The translations under genes and the position numbers were made by a program. Of a stretch of DNA of 64,000 bases, positions 25,837-40,440 are shown one piece after another. Location: the NCBI GenBank assembly GCA_951406725.2, contig OX597825.1:37696001-37760000 (forward strand), in the 5' to 3' direction. The notes beneath the pieces are model-generated. The model made no database searches, was not told where the DNA came from, and saw only the letters and a list, made by a program, of their open reading frames with translations. The DNA is from Octopus vulgaris (taxonomy: Eukaryota). The stretch's first letter is position 1. Each line of letters begins with the position of its first letter.

Positions 25837-28800
25837 AGGCAAGGTGTCTGTGTGTGCGCGTGGGTTTGTAGATTATCAAATGGTAACTATTCAAAATAGG
25901 AAACTAATGCAACTTTAAAGATAATGTATTGTTATTTTTCCTTTTGATTGTTGTGTGTATTTCTTTAAGCCAGAAGTGTATCAACGGATGTATGGAATCT
26001 TTGTTGAATGAAATGATATATAAATGCGACATCAACTGATATTATCTCACATTTATTATTTAATTTTCTAAGTTTTATTTAATCTACACTACATATTTTA
26101 TCTTTAATGGCCCTCTTTGCTGCAATCTACTTCATTCTGTGACAGATCTATCTCTTTTTATTGAAATACTTTTACAAAATATTTATTTTACTTCACCTCT
26201 ACCATAAGCGTGCATAACTGTGGATAATGAAAGTTGTGATATTAATACATTTCTAAAAAGTATGTGAGATTCCAGTTATGTGGGCCGTGTCGTCGACTGC
26301 ACGGTTTCTCAATATTTACTTTCAATTATATATTTTGTCGTTTCGCTTCACCATTGGATTATGAAAACTAAAGTTAAACTTCAAACCCAGATAAAGGAAG
26401 CCTTTCCTGTTATATGTCTAATGACATATCTATAACTTATATTTTGACAATATTTAGAATGTCATACACATTGCATACTCACTTATTATAACCTTAGAAC
26501 TTCAATCACACCTCATTACATAATTCTGTAGTCATTACTTTTCGTATTTGAAAGGGAACAGAAGGGGAAAATGTATAATGTAATTATGCGATACCTTAGA
26601 TTTAAAAAGTGGAAAATAGTTAAGCATACGAAGTTTACTAGCTTTAATTTAGCTAATAGTTTGCTCTCAAAGGAGTAGAAGCCACTATTCTAGTAGGATC
26701 TCCGTATAAATAAGAAGTGATAAGACTGTGGGATTAATGGTGTACTGAAATAGTGACAGGATCGTTAAATAAAAGTTGCATACGATTTTAGTATGTCTAA
26801 ATTGTTTTTACGAAGACTATCCGCTGTCGTTTTGTTCTTGGGCATAGAAGAGGAATTCGGACAGGATTTGAGGTCTGGAATGGATTCGAATTAGAATTTT
26901 GGCTAGAAGTACTGTGAAATAATCGTAGATAAAGGAATATTCAGATCAGGATTGGGAGGTCAATCCTGAGTTTATGATTTCATTATGGTTACATAATTTT
27001 AAGGTCTGGAACTGATTAGATATTTGGCAGTGAGTAACTTATGCGTGAAAAGAATGTACAGTACGAAAGCTGCTACTTGGTTTACATGTGATACATGTAT
27101 ACTGATGCTGTTAAAATATTCAAAGGATCAACATGTAAAGGAGTTACCAGGATAGTAGTTAGGAGACTCCTGATGGCCATTCCCGTGGTGTTATGAGTTT
27201 TTATAAATGAAAAAGAGAGATGGACATGTAAGAATTACCTAAAAGCATAACATACTCGCTATAAGTAGGCGGATGGCAGAAAGTATTAAAGATTATTGGG
27301 CAAGACACTTTTAGTATCTTTGCTAGTTGCAAGACAATTCTCAAAGGGAAGCGATGGCTTCAAATTCTACAGAAATTGCACTGAAAGGCTCTGAGACGGG
27401 AAAGAAATAAGATATAATAAAAAATGTGGTTATTTACTTTTCAGATAGTGGAAATGATATCGTAAATCTGGCAATTCTAACGAAAATACTTTTTGGAGGA
27501 TGGGATAATCTATGTTATAATCCTATATGTTAGCGTATATATAGGAAGGTATGAAAAATGATAGTGAATCGAGATTTATAAAATCTTCCAGAACATAACA
27601 TAATCTACGCAAAAGTTTAAAATGTCATTGCTACTATATAACACGCTTTTCTCAACAGACGTTAGTGTTGTCCCAACTATACTGACATTGAATTAAATGC
27701 AATAGTTTAAAAACTATGTATATCCATTGGTAGCAAAATTTCAAGCTATATTCTCTGTTGGTTTACAGCAATTTACTTTCCAAGTAATATCATCTATATT
27801 TGTGATGACATAAATCTCTATGATTATAGTCATTGAAACAAAACAATTTTCTTTTACTTTCATGGGACCGATCATATTTCCTTCACGATACACTATACAT
27901 TCAAGATGGCATCTACTTGTCTACTATCGATTTTTTACTCACATAGAATGCAGCTGATTATAGGGAAGTGTTTCAGTTGATTTTCACAATTATAGATGGT
28001 TAAAGCGGAATTATAGAATATATTCTATTACCCCAGTTTGCTCTGATGTCAACTCTCTCTATTTTTTTTCATAAACTTTCTATTTTACTCAGAATTGATT
28101 GAATATTCCCATATCTATTATTGATATATTATTCAATTGATGTCTAAGAGATTAACAATAAAGTTGACTCTATTCATATTTAAATTCACATCGAGCAAGC
28201 TTTATGAAATGCCGCGTATATAACACTGAACTTCACGTAAACGATGTTGTGAAATATTTAAAGAAAATTCATAAACAATAGACTTATTCAGAATATATAT
28301 GAAGGAGAATTGGGACAAATATTTAGTACGAATTCTACTCTAGAATGAAGGCTATTTCAAGATACGTTCGGGGAAAATGTTTCAAGTCAATGCAAGTGTC
28401 GTGCTTAATCAAACAAATATTGTATTCCTACAAAAACAAAAGAACAAAAGAAAAAGGAATTCTACTCTTACATCACAGAAATGTGTTATACTGTTTAGTC
28501 GCATTGTTGTGCGATTTTAATTCAAGTAACTTCAAGTTTAGGTAAAGCTGGTTAATTAAAAAAACTTGCTTCAAAACAATGTGTTCCTAATTGAACCGCA
28601 GTATAAACGCATTTCTTCTACTATACTCTTGGAGTCATCGCGTCAATCTTACGTTAAGAGCGGAATTTAGTGAAGTAAATCTGTGCGGAATTCCCCATGC
28701 CTGAGTTATATTCGAACTCGTAAGAAAGTTATTCATTGCAGACATCATTCTCTCTAGGATTATCCAGTGCAAACGTTTCCATGCAAAGAAGAATGCTATC

Positions 28801-29620
28801 GCATTTGTCAAGGACGACGCGAAAAAAAAGGTCATCTGTCAGGTTCCTTACCTAGCAAAAGGGGATATAACAGCCTAGTGGTAGCTTCCGAGCCTACTAT
28901 CCCAGGACTAGGAGCTGGAAATCAATCTGGAGAGGAAACAGAAGCTCCCTCAAATATTACTTCAAAATGCCTAAGGCCGAACATGGTGTTGCTTTGAGAA
29001 GCATCCAAGCGGCTGTTTTTCTTAGCACTCACCATTTCAATGTCCTTACTTACGAGGCAAATGTGTGGGTGAGAATGATATACGAGGAGTTTATAGAATT
29101 ATGCCTAAACAGTGAGGTGGAACAAATGTATGATTCTACTGGTGCAGAGAGTTTGCAGGCAAGTCTCGTTACAGAACATGCGACGTGCTGCAAATCACAA
29201 AGTCTAGTAAATGGAAGCCCGTCATGTTGGCTATGAATCCAACTCAGGTAACATCGACGTGGTTGTGAATTAGAAATTTGGATTCAATGAAAGGGAAGAT
29301 CTACTTTGGGTAGCGCTAACAAGTTGGGTCGTGATGAACACTTGATGAATCATTTCGGCGAGAGTATTAGATAATGAAAAGCCACGAAATAAACAAAAAC
29401 TCCACGTAACATAATAGATCGTGTATCCAAGTGTATCACAGTATAATGTTTGGAAAAACACAAGCAAAAATGCACACGTGTACATACATATGTACGGTTA
29501 AAATGATTCGAGTATAAAACTTGTAGAATGCTATATAAATCTTGGCTACAGATATTGGCAACTTGCGAAAGGATCCAGCTACTGGATATGTATCAGGAAT
29601 TATATTGCATCCTTAAAGTT

Positions 29621-30198
29621 TATATAAAGAGATAAATTATACAAAAATTGAATGAACGATATTTTGTATTTAAAAATACTACAATTGTTTCGAAATATTT
29701 CTAAATCCGTAGTATATTGGTGAGATGTGTAATTCTTATCATGCATCCAAAGTGTAAAATGCTCTTCCTCAGATTATTGTTTAAATAAGTCTTTTTGAGA
29801 TTGTAACGCCATTTCACTGAGGGTGAGAATGCATACCGAAAGTGATGTGTCACTTTCAACAGTTTACAGGCAAAACTAAACCCATAGATATAGTAACAGA
29901 CAAAATACAGTTTTTCTATTGTAACTGTATTTAGTCTGACACTATAAATATTGGTTTAGTTTTGCCTGTAAACTGTTGAAAATGTCATGACATTACTATA
30001 CTGTGTGAAATGTCGCTAGGTTCTAACAAAGGACTTATTTTAACAATAACCTAAGAAGGAGCATTTTACAACTTGGATGCATGATACTGATTACACTACA
30101 TTTCACCAGTTTACTACGGATGTAGAAATGTATCAAAACAAGAGGCATGAAGTTTAGAATGTCGTTCATCCCATTTTCTATCATCTATCTGCATATAT
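29621..30198. repeat. Long imperfect fold-back (about 290-bp arms), MITE/foldback-like
   Basis: For example ttcaacagtttacaggcaaaactaaacc vs ggtttagttttgcctgtaaactgttgaa; tcatgcatccaa vs ttggatgcatga; tccgtagta vs tactacgga. Centre near 29917. Confidence 0.85.
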
Positions 30199-30556
30199 AT
30201 TTATATATGGGAAAGGTTAAACTAATAATCCATTTGTAGATAGGAAATTTGTAATTTACATATAAATTAATTTAATAGCTAGAGGGCAATTTAGCTTTGA
30301 CAATGCATTTGACGTATATGTAAATGTAAGCTGTCTTTGAAACCTGCTATTCAATAGAGTTTGAGTATTTACTAGCGATCTGAAGCGTAATAGTGAAAGG
30401 AATATCATATATTGTATATACACTTATATGTGTGTGAGTGTATATATATATATTTATATATATATATGCATATATATGTATATATATATATTTATATATA
30501 TATATTTATATATATATATGCATATATATGTATATATATATATGTGTGTGTGTGTA

Positions 30557-30713
30557 TCACAAATGTAACACATCCTTTACATGTTACATGCGCAATAACT
30601 CTCTCAATATACTTATGTAGGACAATGTTGATTATGTGTAGAAGAGAAATAGCTACAAGCAATATGAATCAAATTATAACGTCATAGCTAATATTTTGTA
30701 TATGATTTCCGCA
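30557..30713. repeat. Local about 160-bp direct duplication (copy 2 at 31767-31926)
   Basis: Near-identical tcacaaat...gatttccgca. Confidence 0.9.
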
Positions 30714-31422
30714 CTGAGGAAAGCTATATAAAACATTTCCGTTAAGACAACTTTGAAGCTTCTTTGAGTGAAAAAGTTGACTGCATGTATTATGACTTCA
30801 CCAGCTCTCTATTAAATTGATAAGGAAATTCTATGCCATTAACTAAAGGGCTTTGAAATATCAGGAAATCAAAGACGTGGCAATCATAATAGTTATATTT
30901 TTCTTTTGTCTTCCAAAAAATATTTGATTTCTTGAAAGCCAAATGCAAAAGTAAAATTGAAATAAAGTAGTATCTTATCGAAACTGTCAAAGCTTGTCGT
31001 GGAATAGGCAAGAGATGTGATACTTGCATGACACAAAAATATCAAATGCTGATGTTACTTTATAATCTATATAAGTAAAGACAAAACTTAATGACTATTC
31101 GCAGACATAAATACAAAACATATCCTTAGGATTTAATAGTGTTACAGCGAGACTGACAACGTCTTATTAACGAACATATCAGAAAGAGAAACTCAATAAT
31201 TGCGTGACAAACAAGCCTGAGGTATGTTTTACGAAAAATATTTTATAAAAAAGTTGGCGGTTCTCAGTCGTGGACACCGAATAATAATAAATTTCTTTTT
31301 AATATATATGTATATAGATTCATACAAAAATGTTAATGTAGGTGAGTGTGCATGTGTGTATGTATGTGTGTGTTTGCATAAGCATGACAATATATATGTA
31401 CATATATATATATATGTATATA

Positions 31423-31474
<52 letters not shown>

Positions 31475-31519
31475 TACATATATATATATACATATATATA
31501 TATATACATATATATATAC

Positions 31520-31601
<82 letters not shown>

Positions 31602-31674
31602 GTACAAAATTAATGATATACGCATTTGAAAAACACTGATACTGCTCCACCTATAAATGCACGCAGAAGTATCA

Positions 31675-31725
<51 letters not shown>

Positions 31726-31926
31726 GTATATATAAATGTATTTATATATATATGTGTGTGTGTGTGTCACAAATTTTAACATATCCTTTACATGTTACAT
31801 GCGCAATAACTCTCTCAATATACTTATGTAGGACAATGTTGACTCTATGTGTAGAAGAGAAATAGCTACAAGCAATATGAATCAAATTATAACGTCATAG
31901 CTAATATTTTGTATATGATTTCCGCA

Positions 31927-32462
31927 TGACCCCATACAAAACAAAAATCTCGAGGATTGAATCACCCCAGAGGGCACTCGCTAAGCGAATTGAAGGCATG
32001 GCTGATCTCAATCATTGGGACCGCCTTAAAGCTCTGAAACTCTACTCTCTCAAGCGCCGCCGCGAGCGGTACATTATTTGTACGATGTGAAGAATATACC
32101 GCCAGCATTGCCCAAACGACCTGAACATTAGTTTCAAGGTTCATCCAAGGCTGGGACCACGCGTCATACTTCCCCTGCCCAATTCAGGATCACAGCATAT
32201 AGGTACACTTTTCCTCAACAAGCCCTGCCCTGTTTAACATTGTTCCGAAAGAGATCAAAGAGATCTTTAAACGGAGTCTGAACTGATTTCTTCAAGGAAT
32301 ACCGGATAAGCCACCCATACCTTGATACAACTCACTACTTGAATGGACCATGAACAAACTTTGACTTAAAAAGGATTTATATAATCCTATCAGGTGGTGC
32401 TATTAAGTTAGACATGGCCTGGACCAATCTTTGGTCGAAACATATCTAAGTTTTATCTAATT
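31927..32462 (+). mobile_element. CR1/L2-group LINE 3' end (RT C-terminus + 3'UTR), 5'-truncated
   Basis: Translation PYKTKISRIESPQRALAKRIEGMADLNHWDRLKALKLYSLKRRRERY...PALFNIVP...FK..L..FLQGIPDKP, with stops; short (tatctaa) tail. Confidence 0.8.
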
Positions 32463-32492
32463 TGATATATATATATATATATATATATATAT

Positions 32493-32882
32493 GGGGGTAT
32501 AATTTGTGTGATGGGGTATGTGCTGGGTGTGGTGCCGAATAGTTAACTGCAGGGTGTCCACCTCATTGGGGTGTGCGTATGTGTACATTGGTGGAATGGG
32601 GTGTGCCATGGTCAAACTCTTTATACTGGACCCTAGGGCATGGGTTGAAGGTCATTTGCGGAAGGTGGAAGCAGGGAACCCGTGGTTGTAGTCATGGTGG
32701 GCTGCGAAGTAAGATGAAATTAATTTTCTTTCATGCAGATAAAGATTAAACATCTCGCTGCTACTATTGAGGTAAATATATGGGCGTTGAGTGCCTTTTA
32801 TAATAGCCCTCTTCTCGGTCAGGTATAATCTTCACTTCCTGCTATTATTGAGGTACGGCTTGCATTCTTCTATGATCTTCAA
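32493..32882 (-). mobile_element. Naiad-type PLE fragment (GIY-YIG C-terminus + 3' region)
   Basis: KIIEECKPYLNNSRK*RLYLTEKRAII...LNSSSEMF..LH..K matches the PY..C.LC..EK..I..LN..SE..C.H pattern also seen in the 47.4-kb fragment. Confidence 0.6.
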
Positions 32883-34427
32883 CACAAATACACACATACA
32901 CACATACATATATATCCATATACATATATATGCATGTGTGCGTGCGAATATATATATATATATATACACACATCCATGGTCCCCAGGGGTTCGCCTCATC
33001 CGTGTTGTCATTATCACGAGTCTCCAATAAAAGTAATCTCGTGTCGATCCATGCATATGGCGGTAGCTACAACCGATTTTGAATGAGAGAAAACATCATC
33101 AAACCACCAATACTCCGAATTTAACATTTCTTTCTACAGTCAAATAAGTCGACTGTCAACACATGATTCACCCATGCCTAATTCAACGTCACTAGTACGC
33201 AATATTCCTACGCTGGAGCGCAGCCAGTCATTAGCTTTCATTCACAAACACACATATTAATTTCTATACACATACTAACAACTACACACACACACCCTCA
33301 CATGCACGCGCACACAAATGCGCATAAAAGAAAAATTCAACGGAAACATTAATACAGTTTAATGAATGAGACGACAGTTGCATAGTCATGTCTGGTGACG
33401 TGCTCTGTGACTTGATATGGTTCATTCATGTGTCGTTTGACACAATTTAAGATGCTACTTCTATCAAATGTTCGTCAGCTATTACTGTTAAATATTAGTG
33501 ACTGGGTCTATTTACGTATGTAATACATATGTCCTTGTTTACATTGTTAAAGATCTCATTCAGCTTTGTTGATGTTTGTATGATTATATATTCCCAACGC
33601 ACATGATACCCTTAACATCTCGGTTTAGCATTCTTGAGAAGATTATATCATAAACTAGTTGATTCATTTCTATATCTGTAACTAGATATATTTGAGTGAA
33701 GCTCTTACGTTCGGCTCGTAGACGCTAGTAGTGTGATTCAAGTTGCAGGTTTTAATAGAATGGAATACAGTCGAATTGTTGACAATCGAGAACTTTCTTT
33801 ACTTTTGCTTCTGTTACAGCCACACGTTTTAGATACTGACTTGTTTACTTAATATGATATAACACTATGTTGTGTACACATATTTATGTACATTCTCTTC
33901 CAGAACTTACACATAAGCCCAAACACACATACCAATAAACGCACGCATATATCCTTATGCATATATGCATGTATATAAGTCTGTATACACAAATTTATGC
34001 GTTAGTTAAAAAAAAAACGCATTGCCAGTTTATAACGAAGTAGAGAGTAATATATAATTTTATGTTTTAGCTGAAAGCTAAATTACTTGTGAAAGATCAA
34101 TCGCTTAATCTTACGAATCGACGCAATATGTATGTGTATTTCCACGTATGTACATATATATGTGTGTGTGTATGTTTGCATGTGTGTTTGTGAATGTGTG
34201 CCGTGTCTGTGTACACATAAATGGATAAATATAATTATACGTGTGTGTATATACGCATACATACAGTTACATTTACACACGTACACGTATGTGAGGGAAA
34301 GTCTTTAAGTCTGTTTTACTGAGTATTTGCATGTGATCAGTGAATGCAGACAAGTCATAGCTGTGTATACCTTCTCATATAGTGTTTTTAATCTAGATAC
34401 TCACACGCACGCTCACACACATACACA

Positions 34428-34471
<44 letters not shown>

Positions 34472-37400
34472 CACACGCACAAGCATACATAGCTGAGGTA
34501 GTACACATAAGCACACAAACAAATACACCCTTTTGTACATACATCATTCAGATATATCAGGAAGATATATAATTTATTTATATTCACACTGTTTAAACAT
34601 GCCAGTTGTTTTTAAACAAGTATAAGGTTTTTCTTTCTATTCGCGCTTTGTATTTTACGTGAGTCATGAAATCTGATTTGGTTGTTGAAAATAGACCTGG
34701 ATGTTGTAACAATGAAATTACAATGTTCTTTCAACCTTTCTGCTTCCAGTCATGCGCACAACGTCAGCATGATATTTTCTATCAACTTTGAACTTTATTA
34801 CATTTACACTCTATGCGTTGCCCATCGTATATAATGCTTGTCGTGACGATACCCTTATCTCATAAATGACCTTAAACAAGCATAGCAAACAAGGGTTGTG
34901 TTTCACTCAGATAAGCGAATATATTAAACAAATTATGTTATGTACACCCACAAACACACAAATACATGTGAGCGTGCGTGCGCTTGAATATCATATATAG
35001 TTTTATTATCATCTTACAAGATAGCTAAATGTCACAACTCTCGTCTGTTGAGACAAATGTAGTAACAGCTGGGCCATGTTAAAAGAAAACAATAAAACTG
35101 TATTTATTCTATACTCAGCAACTCATTTTTCATTGGTCATTATTATGATCTTCACCGGAATTTATTTACATTTGGATTCATACGTATCTTCATCCGTCCA
35201 TCCATCCATCCCTGTATGTATGCATGTATGCATGTACGTATGCATGCATGTATGCATGCGTGCGTGCATGTATGTATGCATGCATACATGCATATATGTA
35301 TGTCCGTCCGATTGTCTAACTGTCCGCCTTTTAAGTAGGTATATATACAGAAATGCATATATATATATATATACAGAGAGAGAGAGAGAGAGAGAGGAGA
35401 GAATGAGAAGGAGAGAGAAAGAAAGATATTGATATCTAGATGGATTGATAGATACTTGAACAAACATAAAACGATAAACACGCCATGTTTATAATTCACT
35501 TATAATTCACTATAATAAATATAAATAATAGTTAAAAATAAGAAGAAATATCTTACCGAAATAAACTTGTACGTGTGTTTGTGGTTTGTCAGCCTTATGA
35601 TCTAATTATTTTTTTACTCGTTCCACCGAACATGGTCTTCTCTATATGGTTAAATTAATTTGTTATATCAAGTTCCGAAGCGAGAACTATATGTGATGTT
35701 TCATTTGATGTACAAATTCAGTAAACATCAAGTTTTTATCCTGCTCATGTTTTTACAACGATTCCTTTTATATAAGCACAAGGACAAACATTTGCACACA
35801 AGTGATATAGCTGAATGGTTCGTCTGCAGTTCATAGGTGGCACTTATTTTATCAGTCAGTCTGCAATTCTATTTGAAATTAGAACACAAGGAAGAAATCT
35901 AATCTCTGCATATTTTGGTTCCGTATACTTTTTTTTCTCTTCTCCTACTACTTTCTCCGATGTCTATACAATAGTCACCAGTAATTATATATTATTTTCC
36001 TCGCATGCTATTCTGAGATGGAAGGAACAAAGAACTATAGTTGATATTTTTCAGTATTTAAATTTGGTTTGTTCTTTTCCACTGATTATTTATATTTAAT
36101 CTGAATAGTGTTGATAGAATAAGTAATGAACTACCAATTAACCAACTCAATAGGCTTCTAATTAGCCATCTCAGAAGAACATCAGACAACTGACCAATTC
36201 ATCAATAAATTATATTCTATCACTTGTAACTCTAGACACTTAACTCGCATATTGCAGTTTTGCTAGTAAGCAATTTATATTTTGCTTAGATCCAGATAAG
36301 GAAATGAATCACCGAGGAATGTTTTACAAAAGGTTCAGTATGCTTTAGTGATTTATTTTTTAAAGTATAACATTGAAATTAACACTAAACTGTTCAAATA
36401 CAGTTCCAATTGGAAACGCTGTCAATAGTTAAAAAAGAAAATATTAGCATGAAATTGAGAGAGAAGAGTGAAAGTAATGCTTCGCATTTTTAAAGCTTCT
36501 AAGGTTGTTGGAGAAATGCATAATATTACTCTTGCTCGTATGGTAGTGTCAAACTAGGTGATAAATTATTTCTATCATCAATAAAAAGAACTGTTCTCTC
36601 AGCCTGGGTTCACCAACGCTATTTTACAAGAGACTTGCCAAAGGGGTTGCATAATGTGATTGAACTGGAAGAGATATTTCTGTGAAGAAACTTCTTAATC
36701 AGAAATCTTTAACAACAATGTTATACAACAGTGTTAGTCTCAATGTAAAATATTTCACTGACTTTAAAAATTGTGTTAATTTGGGAAATGATATTATATA
36801 CTTTTCAAAGGTTTCTCAGGATCTCTTGGAAGCCTGAAAAAAGTAAAAACTTACCTATGATAATCAAAATGCAGCAACGATTTATGCTTGTAGGTATTTG
36901 TTGCCAATCAGCCTCGAATTATTCTAATGAATTTAATCGAAACAATATACACCTTGTTGGCAATTGATGTAGAATGAAATCAAGACAACAGTGTTTCATT
37001 ACTCAGTGACTGATAGCTCTCGTCATCATTTTGTCGAACTAGGCTAGAGTTATTCTATTCTAACACGCTATTCCTTGCGATCTCACAGAATTCTCACGGG
37101 GTCAGTAAACATTTCGTGTTTGTGTAAAACCGCCCAATAGAGAATATTTCTATGTGATAAAGATCTGAAATGTAAGATCTTCTCTACCATGATGACGGAG
37201 ACTCGTCTCATCCTATGTTAAATGCATCTCCACGGTCGCATTTTGTGAAGAACAATATTATTGTGGATCGCCAAACACACAGAAACAGCTGTTGGACTTA
37301 TAATAGCTTTCTTCCGTCCCTTTAATTTTCTCTGTCGTTTGTGCTTTGTGTAAATTGGACCTAATAATATAAGTATCTATATATTAATTCACATAAATTC

Positions 37401-37508
37401 GTCATCTAAACGTTTCCACCGTTTGCTCTCTCGTTTTGCATACATATTTTGCATTTGATGTATTTAATATATTTGATGTGTCTAACTTGTTTATCTCCAT
37501 AATTTCTT

Positions 37509-37614
<106 letters not shown>

Positions 37615-37914
37615 GCATGTATGTGTGTGTGTTTATAATACATGTATATTTATGTATGCATGTCATTATTCAGGTTTCAAGATTTCTTGCCAATGCAGAA
37701 ACTAGATCTAAAGCTCCTTCATTGGAATTTCATCCACAGCAGGGTATGTATGTATGGATATATGTATAGGTGCAGATTTGTACATTTTATTTTATGTGTG
37801 TCTTCTCATACATATACTTGCATAACTAGACATGCTCATATATACTTAAACGATAAACTACTGGAAAGTTTCGCAGATTTTTACAGTTCCAGCAATTGCT
37901 TCGATCTGTAGTGT

Positions 37915-39325
37915 TCGAATCAGCTTTCTCCTTTCTGGTTTTGAGAAGCCAAATTTCTCAAGATTACTATTTAGGCAATGTTTTATATATCCCAGAACCC
38001 AAATTATTTCAGGTATAAACCTGAACTTGTAATCTGGATAGAGTAACTACAGATTTCTCAATAGTTCAGCGTAGGTGTACTCTTTTTCACGTTTCTTTGG
38101 CTTTATGTTAGCATCAACTGGGAAACTGGTTTCCATAACTTTCAACAGTTTCTATTCTCTATCCTAAATCCTTTTATCAGGTATATTGTGTTTAGATTTT
38201 AATGAGGTCTTCACTGGGATAGTCCACCAGTACTCCTTTCTATTATGAGTAGCTATGGCGTCCACCATACTCTGATGCCTTGTTTTTGTTTAGGTAAAGA
38301 CGGTCTACTTAATGAGCCTAATTTCTCAAGATTGCTATTTAGGCAGGGTCCCCCAATAATTAAAGATATAAACCTAAACTTGCAATCTGGATAGAGTAAC
38401 TGCAGATTTCTCAATAGTTCAGCATAGGTGTTCTCTCTTTCACTGATTTTCAGCTTTAGGTTAACATCCGCTGGGCAGTTATTTTCCACAATTGTGCACA
38501 GTTTCTCTTCTCTATTCCAAATCATTATATCAGGTCTGTTGTCCTTACATTTTATTGAGGTCTTCACTGGGATATTCCACTAGTATTCCTTTCTATCATG
38601 AGTGGCTGTGGCTTCTACCATATTATGGGTTCTTATTTCTTTGCCCTTGGAATTATTCTTCTGACGGATTTCCTTATAGAGTGTCCTAGCTACAACATCA
38701 TGTCTCATGGGTAAACAATACCGTGATGATATTTTCTGACAACTGATTATGATATGTATGATATCTCCAGTGTAAACTCCACAAAGTCTGCATCAGTTGT
38801 CACATGTTGCTGCTATTCCTGCATCCCTATCACTTTTGTTCCTCAGGTACTTCATTGATATTTCTTGTTCCTGGTTTGCACACATCGATGTGCAGTCTTC
38901 TGCTCATATAAGCTCATCCTTTCATCTAATGATACGTTGCGGTAGAGTCATACGAATTCTTTGTGAATGTATTCTAGGTTATCAGACAAAGAGTGTTGCT
39001 CCAAGTGTTCTCTTCCAAGTCTTATGATGTTGTCAGTCTCATATATGCAACCTTGGTCAAGGGATGCACCTCGACTCTTGGTGGTTAAAAGATGTCGCTG
39101 AAGGGATATGATGCGTCATTCAAAGGCAATTTTGGTTTGTGTTAAGTCTCTGCCTCCTTGTTTTGGTTTTAGGCAGATGCGGTCTACATCACAGTTTATG
39201 TGGAAATTATTTGTGCTTGTTAGTATTTTTCGGGATTTCACATCAATGGCTTGAATCTCAACAAACGTACAATCAAGCAGCCCAAATGTTGGTATGGGTA
39301 ATGGTACTGCAAACACAGGATTTAT
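37915..39325 (-). mobile_element. R4/Dong-like non-LTR retrotransposon fragments (RT C-terminus, CCHC, RLE); RLE segment present twice
   Basis: DVDRICLKPKQGGRDL (cf. DVDRLYLPRxxGGRGL), CRLC...HIIISC...RHDVVA, NRPDIMIWNREEKLCTIVE..CPAD. Diverged second RLE copy at about 37990-38258. Confidence 0.85.
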
Positions 39326-40254
39326 TTATGTATGTATGTGTGTATGTATGTATGTGTGTATGCATGTATGTATGTGTGTATGTATGTGTGTATGTATGTG
39401 TGCACGTGAGCTAGGAGTTTTATTTACTTTATGGACCTCATTAACTGTATTCACTAATACGATACAAAGTACAAACTATAAATTTTTCAAAAGTCGGAGT
39501 CAGCTTCAAAGGGAATCATTTGGGGATGAGCAATGATCAAATTTCGTATAGAGTCGAGTGTTGGGAATATTCTGTTATCGAACATATGAAAGATTTTCTG
39601 ATTTTCTAAGCTGTATGTACCTCCTAGAAATCAGTGGTAATAAATTAATCCAGCAAACAAACTTTCCAGAACCCTTTTAGTTATAAAGTACATGGAAAAT
39701 CTACGGTATATGTTAAGTAGTGTTATCTCGTAGATATCTGTAATGGATAAAATGCATGGCGCCGTAGCAATACCGTCTTTGAACACCTAACAGTGACACT
39801 ACCAACATAAGCAATGTATTAACTTAAGCGCGCTATTTACGACTGTAAACCCGAACTATTATACATTCGGCCAGTCACAATTCCTTCACACAAATTTAAT
39901 ATACATTAACTTTTGTAAAGGCCAGCAGCAATAATGTGCCTCTTCAAATGCTAACTTTCCTGGAAAAAGTGTATATAAATCGAAAATAGTAATAAAAAAT
40001 GCATCTACTAATGGAAATACTATTAGTTGAGCTATTAGTAACTGTTTAATATTCGGTGTACAATCTACCATTATATTTTAAAGCTTCATTTCATGGCAGT
40101 AAAATTGTCGATTCTCGAGCGCTAAAGATTCAGCCTGAGGCTGTTAATGCCTCCAGCTGCTAATAGATAACAGAAAACGAATATTGAAAGAAATAATGAA
40201 TAACAAGCTGTTCAGATTACTTCTAATATTTATATTGTACACGAAAGTAATGAA

Positions 40255-40440
40255 ATGGCAGTAACGGTAGGGAACTGAACTGAATGCCTTGCGGTATTAT
40301 AATACGTTTGTATTCAAATCCCATCGGTCTTTGTTTTTATGGAATAAACAGCATAAGTAACAGTAATATACTTGAGTCGATTAAATCGAATATATTCATT
40401 TTCTACTAATATGTGGCTTGTAATAAATTTAGAAATCAAT
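40255..40440 (+). mobile_element. Old SINE family B-like copy
   Basis: Degenerate tggcag..acg.tag...aatgc.ttgcggtatt...ttcaaatccc...taagta.cagt...gagtcgat.aaatcga. Confidence 0.4.

Noticed and set aside
28650-29240. Possible Tc1/mariner transposase remnant
   Set aside because: No DDE/D motif or TIRs recognisable.
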